In this document: piece after piece, positions 46,621 to 56,266 of the stretch
Position numbering within the stretch: the first letter of the stretch is position 1
Layout: each line of letters opens with the position of its first letter
IMG/VR virus record: IMGVR_UViG_3300035208_003503
Location: 484 to 64,483 of that record
Length of the DNA: 64,000 nucleotides
Strand: one strand, 5' to 3'
Source: a virus
Taxonomy: Duplodnaviria > Caudoviricetes
The notes under the pieces: generated by a model
What the model was told of the DNA's origin: nothing
Database searches by the model: none
The model's input: only the letters and a program-made list of their open reading frames with translations
Made by a program: the position numbers and the translations under genes

Positions 46621-47601
46621 ATGCATGAAAAAGTAGAAGGAACTAGGAAAGGGGATGACAGAATAACTCCATCAGGTGAAGGTGTTAGGATGGATATTCC
46701 TACGTTTGGTACTTTCATAGATATGCCTGACTTGGCTACCAGCGTCGGTATGGCTATCAGGTTTGATGTGATAGTCGGGTCTATGATGTCACTATCCTGG
46801 AATTCTGAGTTTGTTAAGAGATTCATAAAGTCTGTGAACATAGTAGGTGGTAAGTCCGGTACTTACACAGTATTGGATATACCTTTTGGGGACGCTTTGG
46901 ATCCAATAGCTGCGATGTTCCCTTTGCTGTGTGACTTTCTAGGCAATCTTCTGGAGCATATAGACGGTGATGGGTCTACTGGAATTTACAAATTTGGAGA
47001 TGTAGGAAATAAGGTCCTTGAACACGAAGTAAGAGAACATAAGCAGCGTATGAGGGAACTACAGCAACCAACATTCAATCATTTTGACCTATCGGATGAG
47101 ATAGATAACACTTACGTAGCTATAAAGAGATTTCTTGCCTATTCAAATAGGTACCAGGATTTGTGGGAAATGACTGAGGACGTGTTCCAAGGTAACATGG
47201 GAGGTGCATCCAAAGTACCGCTCGACAGCACTGCTTTTTCTAGGGATGAGTTAGTGGACCATGTCTATACTCTTCCTGGTAAGGAAGACGAGGATGCTTA
47301 CAATTATGATCCAGGAAAAGGATTTAATTACCTTAGTGAGGTACCAAAGGCAACGCTAATAGTTGCAGGTATAATACAGGGAATTTTCGATAAGTACATA
47401 CAGGGTTCCGACTTAACTATTTTAGGTCTACTATCAAATATATACTCACCATGTCAGGATCCAAGCAGGGCACCAAACTCTGTATCAGCATCTCCTGTAT
47501 GCTTACATCTCCTTGAGACAGAGGGAATTCCATGCTATGAAGATGGTGGGTGTTGTGTGTTTAGAAGACGTATGTATTGCGGTACTTGCTTTAAGTTATA
47601 G
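46621..47601 (+). CDS. hypothetical protein with Cys-rich C-terminus
   Basis: 326 aa; C-terminal cluster of Cys residues. Confidence 0.6.
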   Translation: MHEKVEGTRKGDDRITPSGEGVRMDIPTFGTFIDMPDLATSVGMAIRFDVIVGSMMSLSWNSEFVKRFIKSVNIVGGKSGTYTVLDIPFGDALDPIAAMFPLLCDFLGNLLEHIDGDGSTGIYKFGDVGNKVLEHEVREHKQRMRELQQPTFNHFDLSDEIDNTYVAIKRFLAYSNRYQDLWEMTEDVFQGNMGGASKVPLDSTAFSRDELVDHVYTLPGKEDEDAYNYDPGKGFNYLSEVPKATLIVAGIIQGIFDKYIQGSDLTILGLLSNIYSPCQDPSRAPNSVSASPVCLHLLETEGIPCYEDGGCCVFRRRMYCGTCFKL

Positions 47602-47671
47602 CCCTGGTTATTATTTTTGTTTGCAAAACAATGACCGATTGCTATAATTACTTGTTATTGAGGAGGATTAC

Positions 47672-48661
47672 ATGTCGGATAAAAATGAAGGAAACAGCGC
47701 ATCTGAGGCTTATAGACTGCTGGTAACAGGAGTCAACAAGGATAAAAGCCGGGTTACCCCAGACGCTAGAGAGAGTCTAAATCAAGCTCGTGAGGTCTAC
47801 AAGCGGCTACTATCAAGGTTCATAGGTAGCTACTCGATAAGAAATGTTGCTCTTATTAAGATGAGTGACGCGTCAACTACTAGTAAAGATTATAGTGACT
47901 TAGTCAACGATCCTTCCGTAAGAATTATTAAAGAGGAGACTCATTTTTCTATTGAAGAGACTAGAGATGAAAGAGAGGGGGTCACTAATAAGACTCCTTG
48001 CTACACTATAGCTATAACTTACCATAAGGTTGAAATAAGCAAGGCTTTCGATCGTATGGATAAGTTCCTAGATGAACTCGTAGAAACTGTACCGCCTATA
48101 ACAAAGTCTAGTGTTTTAGATGAGTTAATAAACTCTTGGGCCTATTTCGTATCAGAGGTTCCTCCAGCAGAAATGAAGGAGTACTATCGTATAGAAGACA
48201 AACTTAAGAGTGTTAAGAACATAATAGCTGCCAGAGATGAAACACTTGCTCCGGCAGAGACCACAGAAGATATAATAGGGCTTCCACCACTTTCAACATC
48301 TGATGATATACCAAGTGATAATAGTGAGATAAAAGTAAAAAGTAAGCCTGATACTATTCTTAAAAAGAAGGATGACCCAGTAGCTGAAAAAGCTTTTGTT
48401 ATGGATCCTATGGCTCCTATTGATCCTATGGCTCCTATGGAAACGCCTGAAGGTATAGCGGACGATCTAGACGAGGTAATGGAAGGGACCAAGTACCAGA
48501 CTGATCCTGATGACCCTATTATTGGTACAACAGAGCCACGACCAACTAAACCTTTGGTAGAACCTAAACCGGCTGTTCCTAAACCTAAACCAGGTCAGAA
48601 GAAAGCTCCTAGTAACACTGCTAGATCTAGAGTAAAATCAAAAAAAGAGGTTAAGAAATGA
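47672..48661 (+). CDS. hypothetical protein with P/K-rich disordered tail
   Basis: GAGGAGG SD; TTGCAA-N16-TATAAT promoter upstream. Confidence 0.65.
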   Translation: MSDKNEGNSASEAYRLLVTGVNKDKSRVTPDARESLNQAREVYKRLLSRFIGSYSIRNVALIKMSDASTTSKDYSDLVNDPSVRIIKEETHFSIEETRDEREGVTNKTPCYTIAITYHKVEISKAFDRMDKFLDELVETVPPITKSSVLDELINSWAYFVSEVPPAEMKEYYRIEDKLKSVKNIIAARDETLAPAETTEDIIGLPPLSTSDDIPSDNSEIKVKSKPDTILKKKDDPVAEKAFVMDPMAPIDPMAPMETPEGIADDLDEVMEGTKYQTDPDDPIIGTTEPRPTKPLVEPKPAVPKPKPGQKKAPSNTARSRVKSKKEVKK

Positions 48662-49830
48662 GTGTAGGTAAGGTTACTATAAATACGTCCATAAAGGATG
48701 TATCAGAGGGTAGGAAGTACAAACATCTTTTAAGATTTGACATAGCTAATCCTCTGTACTTCACAGAGTCAATAATGTCTAGTAACCCGGCAGCTTGTTT
48801 AAAGTTCCGTAGAAAATCTTTAACCGAACCTCTTAAGAACGACTTCTTAGGAGTTTGTAGCATAGACGACTTCATGACCCTTAGTGAATCTGGGGGAGGA
48901 ACAGGTGCCATAGATGAGATATTCAGATCCAGTAGTTTTTACGCTGAGTATTCAGATTACAATACTTCGTTAGCTGACCAGAAGAAAATGGAGTTGCAGG
49001 TATGGGATTTTTATAATAATCTCAATGCCTATACAGTTGCTGAGGACGGTGCTGAAGCCAATCGTAAGTACACATTCCCGGACTATACAGAGGAACTTCT
49101 TAATAGTTTGATAAGTCGCAGGAGACTTCTTATATTCCAGAATGCAACCGCTTCCGACACTATCAAGATAATTGAAAATGTCATTATACCGATGCTTTCA
49201 TCCAACTACACGTTATACGAGTCTTTAGATGAGGCTGTAGAGCTTCTCCTTAGCAACGCAGAAAGTCATAAAAATAACCTTGTTGATATGGTACAGTTGA
49301 AGGACGGGATAGTATCCGTACAAAGTAATCTTCAACGATTCAGTCAACTTATGCAGTTCGATTCTGAAAAGATGGCTAGGATACAGGGTAAAACCGCAAC
49401 TTTAAATACGTATCTTGAATCTGTTATGACCGATACTGACGATCTTGTAATAGCAAAGAACAGGGTAGCTGAAATATACGCAGAATCGAAGGTATCTGAC
49501 CCCGTTGCGTCTCCGGACGTTGATACTTTTCCTACAATAGCTTCCAAGGTTATGCCGGGAATAAGCTTTATAACAAGTGTTGAGACTGACTATTTCACTG
49601 ACCTTACAACTATAGATACTCTCGTAGATCTTATAGAGAAGTTCGGACAGAATCTTACTTCTGAAATAAAGACCAAAGAAGGTGAAGTTACTAGCCTTAA
49701 GGACGATATAGAAACCAGAAAAGCTGAGATACAGGGTATCGAGGCCAGACTTAGGAGCATAAGACCTTCAATAGATCTTGTTAATCCTGAGACTGCATGG
49801 TATTTAACAGTTAACGTAGATAATGGGTGA
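48658..49830 (+). CDS. coiled-coil hypothetical protein
   Basis: 390 aa with heptad-rich segments. Confidence 0.65.
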   Translation: MSVGKVTINTSIKDVSEGRKYKHLLRFDIANPLYFTESIMSSNPAACLKFRRKSLTEPLKNDFLGVCSIDDFMTLSESGGGTGAIDEIFRSSSFYAEYSDYNTSLADQKKMELQVWDFYNNLNAYTVAEDGAEANRKYTFPDYTEELLNSLISRRRLLIFQNATASDTIKIIENVIIPMLSSNYTLYESLDEAVELLLSNAESHKNNLVDMVQLKDGIVSVQSNLQRFSQLMQFDSEKMARIQGKTATLNTYLESVMTDTDDLVIAKNRVAEIYAESKVSDPVASPDVDTFPTIASKVMPGISFITSVETDYFTDLTTIDTLVDLIEKFGQNLTSEIKTKEGEVTSLKDDIETRKAEIQGIEARLRSIRPSIDLVNPETAWYLTVNVDNG

Positions 49831-51674
49831 TAAATATGACTGATACAGCTTACAATAGCCCGACGTATACAGTAGAAAATTATAAACGCATCTGCCAGTC
49901 CTATATGGTCCAGGCAGAGATGATACCCCATAACGATTTTGGGGAATACATAGATTTTATTACTAGGACTGTTGCATTCCATAGCGGACTTGCTGGGCCT
50001 ATATCAAAGGCTGCGGTATTCTTTTCGGACCCTATGCGTATTACTACTGGTGACAAACTTCTTGAAAAGAATGTCAATGCTATCTTCCGTGATCTTAAAG
50101 TTTTTTGGAACCAGTACAAGGCCTGGATGGGAGTATTTATGTATGACCAGGTAGGTATAATATACTTGCCAAAGCAGAACTTGTTCATGGAGTGCCCTGA
50201 ATGTAAGGAAACATTTCATATCAATGGAAACTCATACGACTATCCGTTTAAGATACAGTCGCTAGACTACGACAGGGACTCAGTTAGAAAACTTAAAAAT
50301 GATGCCAAGTTGCACAGTTACGAAAAGCGCAAGCACGCTACTAACTACGGGATAGGATGCGTATGCCCTGAGTGTAACACAAGTTTTATAGACACCCCTA
50401 GACAGGAATGGGATTTCAATTCTTCAGGAAGAATGATGGTTCTGAACCCTAAGATGTTCAAAGTTGAGACAAATGACGCTGGTGAAGATAGAATGATCAT
50501 AGACCCAAAATACTACGAAGGACCTTTGGCACTCGATAAAGAGATAGAAAGCTTTCATCTTAAAGGAGTACCTTGGAACTTGGCGGTTACATACGCGGCT
50601 AAGGACCGAGTTTATATCCCTGATGATAAATGGTATATGACTTTCAGCATGAGGGAGTACATTGGGGTAGGTAATGCAGGTGCAGGTATAGCACCCATAA
50701 TGTCCAGCGTATCAGATACAATATCCATGGATATCTTCAAGATGGGTAACGAAGGTCTTGCACTTTCCAAGATAGATCCACTTTATGTAGTATCACCTCA
50801 CAGTGTTAATAACCCAGCCTACGAGGGCATATCTCATCAGGATATGCGTGATTTTATGGTCGGTGGTATAAAAGCGCACCAGGAAGGGGACATAAACAGA
50901 ATACTTTATTCGCCTATTCCAGTGACAACTGATGCGCTATTCGGAGACGGAAAGAGATTTATGCATGTCCAGGAGTTCATAACTTTCCAGAACTTTGTTC
51001 TTGGAGGTCTTGGACTATCCGCGGATGCCCTCAATGGATCCTCTGGTTTTACGGCGGATCCGGTTATGTTCGAGGGTTGGAATAAACTGAGGCAGGAATT
51101 TAACTTCCAGTATACTGAGCTGGTAGAGAATGTTCTAAAGCTGGTATCACCAAAGTACTACGAGAACAGTAAGACTAGGGGTGAGAACGAAGTTAAAGCT
51201 ACGGTATGGATTCCGAATTTATCACAGCTTAGAGGCGGAATGGACCTGGCTAAGAAGTGGGAACTTATCGATCAGGAAAAACTTCCTTTTGATGAGTTTA
51301 CTTACGATCTTGGTATTCCTAAACCAGAGCTTTGGGAAGAATCCATTATAAATTCCATGAGGCAGCAGATGAAACTAGACCTTAAGAAAGGTAGGGTTGC
51401 TAAAAGACTTCATGAGACTGAAATGGAAAAAGATAATGCCGGTGGATCTGAGTCAGGACCAAACATGGCATTGGCCAGGAAGAACATACTAGATGAAGCA
51501 GAGTACTATGCTCAGGAACTTATGAATATGGACGACGGTCAAAGACGGACCTATCTTGCTCAGATTAGAGCTGAGGATTTTGTACTACATGCAGTTGTAA
51601 TGGAAAAGTTAAAGCAGTTTAGAAAGATGGACGAGACCCAATCTAAAGGTGAAGGGCAAGGACAACCACAGTAA
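49827..51674 (+). CDS. probable portal protein with a zinc-ribbon insertion
   Basis: 615 aa, portal-like size; positioned before neck and protease genes; CPEC...CPEC insertion; function inferred mainly from context. Confidence 0.45.
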   Translation: MINMTDTAYNSPTYTVENYKRICQSYMVQAEMIPHNDFGEYIDFITRTVAFHSGLAGPISKAAVFFSDPMRITTGDKLLEKNVNAIFRDLKVFWNQYKAWMGVFMYDQVGIIYLPKQNLFMECPECKETFHINGNSYDYPFKIQSLDYDRDSVRKLKNDAKLHSYEKRKHATNYGIGCVCPECNTSFIDTPRQEWDFNSSGRMMVLNPKMFKVETNDAGEDRMIIDPKYYEGPLALDKEIESFHLKGVPWNLAVTYAAKDRVYIPDDKWYMTFSMREYIGVGNAGAGIAPIMSSVSDTISMDIFKMGNEGLALSKIDPLYVVSPHSVNNPAYEGISHQDMRDFMVGGIKAHQEGDINRILYSPIPVTTDALFGDGKRFMHVQEFITFQNFVLGGLGLSADALNGSSGFTADPVMFEGWNKLRQEFNFQYTELVENVLKLVSPKYYENSKTRGENEVKATVWIPNLSQLRGGMDLAKKWELIDQEKLPFDEFTYDLGIPKPELWEESIINSMRQQMKLDLKKGRVAKRLHETEMEKDNAGGSESGPNMALARKNILDEAEYYAQELMNMDDGQRRTYLAQIRAEDFVLHAVVMEKLKQFRKMDETQSKGEGQGQPQ

Positions 51675-51705
51675 CGGGAATAGTAACTTATATTAGGAGA
51701 TTTTT

Positions 51706-52929
51706 ATGTTTGTAGTTAACACAACGGGAAGAACAGTAACTCTGTATGGGATAAATTTTTTAGCCGGTCAGAGCGCATTTTTTAGACAGTATGCTTTCGC
51801 AGCATCAAAAAAAGAGCTTAGAAAGCTTTTTGCAGAAGGTGGATTGGTAGCTTTCAAGAATAAGTCAAACGCACATCGCTACAATGCATTAGTGCTTTCC
51901 TTGCGGAATGTACAGGGAGATAGGAATTTAGGGAGAGCAGCCGCAGTTCTTAAAGGGCTTAGAAACTTTGATTACACACCTGTTATCGATGAAGTTAAAA
52001 GTGGTAAGATCAATTCCATTGACACTATAAAGTGGGTAGCTGCTATAATGCTCAGCTGCGATCTTCAGATAGTTGATACTCACAGAAATGAGTACATAAA
52101 GGCTGCAAAGATGGTGCACGCTGTAAAGAATCTTAAGCTTGAAGTTTATGGTAAAGACGCAGTAGATGACATGACTCCTGCAGTTGAGGCTCTTGTCCCA
52201 GGTGCAAAAGGAGAAGCAAAGGAGGTAGGTGATGTCAGTGAAAGCAAAGAGAAGAAGGAAGAAGAACTCGTTCAGGACGGAGCTGACTCAGAATCTGGAC
52301 TGGGAACTGTGCAGGAGGATGGCGTCATCGATGAGGTTGAGGTCGGAAGTGATCCTGAACCCCAAGGAGAGGACGGTAACGTTGTCACTGACTTCGACTC
52401 CGATGGCAAGGAACCAGAATCAGTGGAGGGACATGATGACTCGGGGGACGGTGGAACAGCACCCGATACCGGACCTACAGATGCTGAGGGGGGTGGCATC
52501 GGAGATACCAGTGATGGACCAGATGAACATGCTGGGGACGAAGTACATCTGGCAGGAACCGAAGATGATGGAGACTCCGAAACCGACTCAGAGGATACCA
52601 ATAGCGTTTCCACAGAGCCTGTTGAGCTGGTAGACGAAGACCCAGCAGGGCTTGATGATCCTGAGGAGGAAGTTAAAGAAACTCCCGCAGAGGATATATC
52701 AGACGAAGACCCAGCGGGTCTCGGTGATGACGTAGTAGAAGACTCAACAGAAGATGACGAGGATATTGAGGATATGACACCTACAGATCTTAAGAGCGAT
52801 CTTGAGCTAATGGTTAAGAAAGATATCGTAAAGTATGCTAATGCTAATTTTCCTGATTTCACGGTTGTAAAATCTTGGAACAAGGAAACTCTTATTGCCA
52901 AGGTTATGGAACATGCGGTAGGAAACTAA
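51706..52929 (+). CDS. protein with a long acidic low-complexity region and a small C-terminal helical (Rho-N/HeH-like) domain
   Basis: D/E/G-rich middle with EDPAGL repeats; C-terminal LELMVKKDIVKYAN...NKETLIAKV. Confidence 0.65.
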   Translation: MFVVNTTGRTVTLYGINFLAGQSAFFRQYAFAASKKELRKLFAEGGLVAFKNKSNAHRYNALVLSLRNVQGDRNLGRAAAVLKGLRNFDYTPVIDEVKSGKINSIDTIKWVAAIMLSCDLQIVDTHRNEYIKAAKMVHAVKNLKLEVYGKDAVDDMTPAVEALVPGAKGEAKEVGDVSESKEKKEEELVQDGADSESGLGTVQEDGVIDEVEVGSDPEPQGEDGNVVTDFDSDGKEPESVEGHDDSGDGGTAPDTGPTDAEGGGIGDTSDGPDEHAGDEVHLAGTEDDGDSETDSEDTNSVSTEPVELVDEDPAGLDDPEEEVKETPAEDISDEDPAGLGDDVVEDSTEDDEDIEDMTPTDLKSDLELMVKKDIVKYANANFPDFTVVKSWNKETLIAKVMEHAVGN

Positions 52930-52967
52930 TATGAATGGTGAGGGGTGTTACAAAAATAGCACAGATA

Positions 52968-53057
52968 TGTGTTATAAGAATTTGAGGATACCCCTCACAT
53001 TTTTTTCTCGATATTTGTTATAAGTATTCGAGGGGCATACCCCTCACATTTTTTTTC
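52968..53057 (+). promoter_or_regulatory. tandem duplicated promoter unit
   Basis: TGTTATAAG(A/T)ATT(T/C)GAGG...ATACCCCTCACATTTTTTTC twice in tandem. Confidence 0.65.
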
Positions 53058-53067
53058 GGAGGCAAGC

Positions 53068-53511
53068 ATGGCTGTAACGGAAGCAATGGTTAGAAAGTAC
53101 TTCAGAGACTATGATAATGAAAATATGAAGCACCTTGCAGAATTTTTCAAAAAAGAAGAGATAGAAATGGCCATAGATTTTGCTAACGAGCAGGTCGATT
53201 ACTTACCTCCGCTAGTTAGGAATGTGTCCAGCAAGAACATGCCGAATTATATTATGATAATTGGTACGGCAGCGCAGCTGATGCAGATAAAGATCAACAA
53301 TCTAACTATAAACTATACCAGCGGTGTTACTGAGCATGGAGTTCAGTTGAGTATAGGTGAAGAGCTGGGGGTATTTAAGTCTCTTATGAGTGACTTTCAA
53401 GGTATGTTTAAAGAGGCCGTGTACACGTACAAAAAAGCCCAGGACTTTAAAGGTGCTACAGGAAACATAGCGTCTCCGTTCAATAAGTATAAAAACTGTA
53501 GAAGGGGTTAG
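53068..53511 (+). CDS. putative head-tail adaptor/neck protein
   Basis: 147-aa helical protein downstream of the portal candidate; assignment from context. Confidence 0.4.
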   Translation: MAVTEAMVRKYFRDYDNENMKHLAEFFKKEEIEMAIDFANEQVDYLPPLVRNVSSKNMPNYIMIIGTAAQLMQIKINNLTINYTSGVTEHGVQLSIGEELGVFKSLMSDFQGMFKEAVYTYKKAQDFKGATGNIASPFNKYKNCRRG

Positions 53512-53513
53512 TC

Positions 53514-54572
53514 ATGAAGTTGATGGAATGTGTACCGGATGCTTCGGCTAAGAGCGTTTACCTATCGTGGGCTGATTTTCCAGAAAATGTTGCAGGATTT
53601 TATGTCTATGTGTTTGATCGAAAAGCCCCAGGGGATCCGTCAGCGGATGTTCCCGAGTCTTCTGAGTTGATAGCAACTACTCAGGATCCATTCTACACAG
53701 ACTATAGATTTTTCCAGGGAACTATATTAGACAGAGACATGTTGTACCTGATACGAGCTATGGACGGTTCAGGTAAGGTAGTGGATTCATTAAACATTAC
53801 TCCAATGAAGTCCCGGTCAGTATTAATTCAGCAGAAGATTAACGGTGCCAACTACGCCGCCCAGCAGTTGTTTAGAAATTACAATTGGGCTGACCATTTG
53901 TATATCCTCAGGTATAAAAAAACGGGTAAGAAGTGTAACTGCTATATACAAGATTTCGGATCTTCAGGTAATCCTGACTGTCCTATCTGTTTTGGGGGTG
54001 GTTACGAAGGTGGATTTTATACTCCGATACCAACCAGGATACTTCCTATAAATCAGAGACGTACAAATAAGGCTTCGTACGCAGCAGAGCCTTTGGCGTC
54101 TGATCAGAGGAATTTGACTGTTCCAAGATTTCCAGCTGTGTATGAGAAAGATCTTCTTTACTCAGATCGACTTGGTCTTATGGAAGTAATAGATAGTGAT
54201 TTCAAGAATATACAGGCTAGTCCTACTCCTACTTTAATGTTAACTACTGCAGCTTTAGGAAGAGAACATCCTGCTCATAAGTTTGATTTTGATAAACTTA
54301 AGGTCACAGTGTCAAAGATAACTTGCGGTAATCCAGCCGGTACAGTAACGGTTACTGGTACAGCTCTTATACCAATGCTGGGATCTTTGAGTTTAAGATT
54401 AATAGGGGATTCAGAGACTACCAATGAGGAGATAATACTGGGCGTAAAGAACATAAAGAGTAATTCGGATGATCACATTACTTTTACCAGTGACAAAGTA
54501 GAAGGCTATGGTACCCGATTCAGGTACAAATTAGCTATCAATAACGAGCTTATAGACGGGTTCGTTTTCTAG
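53514..54572 (+). CDS. putative head-closure/neck protein with C-x-C...CPIC motif
   Basis: GKKCNCY...NPDCPICFGGGYEGGFY; context. Confidence 0.4.
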   Translation: MKLMECVPDASAKSVYLSWADFPENVAGFYVYVFDRKAPGDPSADVPESSELIATTQDPFYTDYRFFQGTILDRDMLYLIRAMDGSGKVVDSLNITPMKSRSVLIQQKINGANYAAQQLFRNYNWADHLYILRYKKTGKKCNCYIQDFGSSGNPDCPICFGGGYEGGFYTPIPTRILPINQRRTNKASYAAEPLASDQRNLTVPRFPAVYEKDLLYSDRLGLMEVIDSDFKNIQASPTPTLMLTTAALGREHPAHKFDFDKLKVTVSKITCGNPAGTVTVTGTALIPMLGSLSLRLIGDSETTNEEIILGVKNIKSNSDDHITFTSDKVEGYGTRFRYKLAINNELIDGFVF

Positions 54573-54935
54573 CCAAAATCAGGAATTTTTTTTGTCATAA
54601 GTATTTGAGGTAGGAATACCTCGTTTATTAACCTTTGTCACTTGGAGGGTGCGGTGGCTTATTTTAGAAGAGGTAATGATGATGAAAGCGGGTCTTGTTG
54701 AGCCCCGGAAAATTCAACTACATCGTGCTGACCTTTTGGTAGAAAAGGATCAGGAGTTTTTTAACCTTGGCGCATTGGAGAAAAGGATGTACAAAGTAAC
54801 ATTAGGTCACAACCAGACCAAAGACGAGTCTTCAAAAGACTATCGGTATGAAAGCTTCACAGCTCTTAAAAAAGTTTCGCAGCTCCCACAACTCCGTCAC
54901 AACTCAAACTCTTAAGTGCAGCTTGAGTAATGCTA

Positions 54936-54970
54936 CGGGGGGCAACCCCCTCTTTTTTCTTTTTTTTTCA
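54936..54970 (+). terminator. intrinsic terminator
   Basis: GGGGG-CAA-CCCCC followed by a long T-tract. Confidence 0.75.
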
Positions 54971-55014
54971 AAGGCATTAGGTTATACTTCTAAGAAGCTA
55001 CTAAGGAGGTAGAA

Positions 55015-55644
55015 ATGGCAAAGTGTAAGGCATCAGGTTTTAAATGGTTTTTAGTAAAGTTAGGGGCACTACTGAGAAAGGTGTACAGTCCGATGGTCTA
55101 TTGGTTTCTTTATTTTGTCTACCTTCATCACTTGGTAGACGGGGCTGAGAATGACATGTTACACAGGTATGGTGGAAGGTTTCCAGAGGATCTTGGTTTA
55201 GACGAACTAAGGGCAGAGATGCACATGTTCGATTGGAGACCGGAGCCTAGGAATGGGGCACTTGATTTCACATACAGGGACTCTTCTTTTTTTGTTTCGG
55301 ATGCTATAACTAAAACATTTGGAAGAGATTGCGATGACTTTGCCTATCAGTGGTTTACTTATTTTAAAAGCAAAGGGTATGACGAAGTTTATAACATAAT
55401 CTTAACAACGGATTCTTATAAATATCTGGTTAAGAAGTCTCATGTCATTACCATAGTCAGGTTTGATCATACCAAGGATGGTTCCTATATCTTTTTAGAC
55501 AATAATAGGTTCTACGGTAAGATACCTAACTGTAATTCTGTTGAAGAGGTAATGCAGTGGTACGCTAACCTGCGTGCTAAAAGTGGAGAGGGATACGAGA
55601 GTACTGTATGGTGTTTTTACAGAAAAGTAAGAAATTACAAATAA
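55015..55644 (+). CDS. transglutaminase-like cysteine protease fold protein
   Basis: GRDCDDFA...SHVITIV...FLDN, a Cys-His-Asp triad pattern; N-terminal hydrophobic segment. Confidence 0.65.
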   Translation: MAKCKASGFKWFLVKLGALLRKVYSPMVYWFLYFVYLHHLVDGAENDMLHRYGGRFPEDLGLDELRAEMHMFDWRPEPRNGALDFTYRDSSFFVSDAITKTFGRDCDDFAYQWFTYFKSKGYDEVYNIILTTDSYKYLVKKSHVITIVRFDHTKDGSYIFLDNNRFYGKIPNCNSVEEVMQWYANLRAKSGEGYESTVWCFYRKVRNYK

Positions 55645-55705
55645 CTTGCGAAAAGGTGCTTAACGTAGTATCCTTAATTTAGTTTTTTTTGTAAAGGAGG
55701 TTTTC

Positions 55706-56257
55706 ATGCCATTGACAATGCCAGTAGAAACACTGCTGAAAAGAGGTCTTATTGGGGCGGGTGCGTTAGCCGTCGCTCTTCCAGTAATGGATATGGGCCT
55801 GGATATTATGAAAGAGAGATTCAAAACTATTCGTAAGCCTTCATGGGAAGCTATGGGTCAGGCAAGAATGTATGGGCAGCATATTGGCGACGTTAGATAT
55901 GCTAGAGGTCAGGAACAGCTCCTAAAGGGAATGTTCGATCTTCCTTACGATATCTTCGCTGAAAGAGCCCAGTCATTGGGAGGGGGTCTTATGGACACTC
56001 CTGGAAATCTTTACAAGAAGTACCAAAGAGAAGGAAAGTTCGATGAACTTGTTAACGACCCCAATGTTCAGGCAATAGGAGTTGACAATGCCCGTAGAAT
56101 TTATCGTGAGGTAGCAGAGCTGGCTCCGGATGTAATTCGTAAGGCGCCTCATGCAGCTCTTCCCGCTATACAGAATGCCTTGGTTACTCAGTCAGAAGCG
56201 CTTGATCCTATGTATGTTAAAAACTTGGTGGATGCTCAGTTCCGTCTACAAAACTAG
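55706..56257 (+). CDS. virion-region hypothetical protein
   Basis: AAGGAGG SD; TTGCGA-N17-TATCCT promoter upstream. Confidence 0.65.
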   Translation: MPLTMPVETLLKRGLIGAGALAVALPVMDMGLDIMKERFKTIRKPSWEAMGQARMYGQHIGDVRYARGQEQLLKGMFDLPYDIFAERAQSLGGGLMDTPGNLYKKYQREGKFDELVNDPNVQAIGVDNARRIYREVAELAPDVIRKAPHAALPAIQNALVTQSEALDPMYVKNLVDAQFRLQN

Positions 56258-56266
56258 GGGGTTAGT

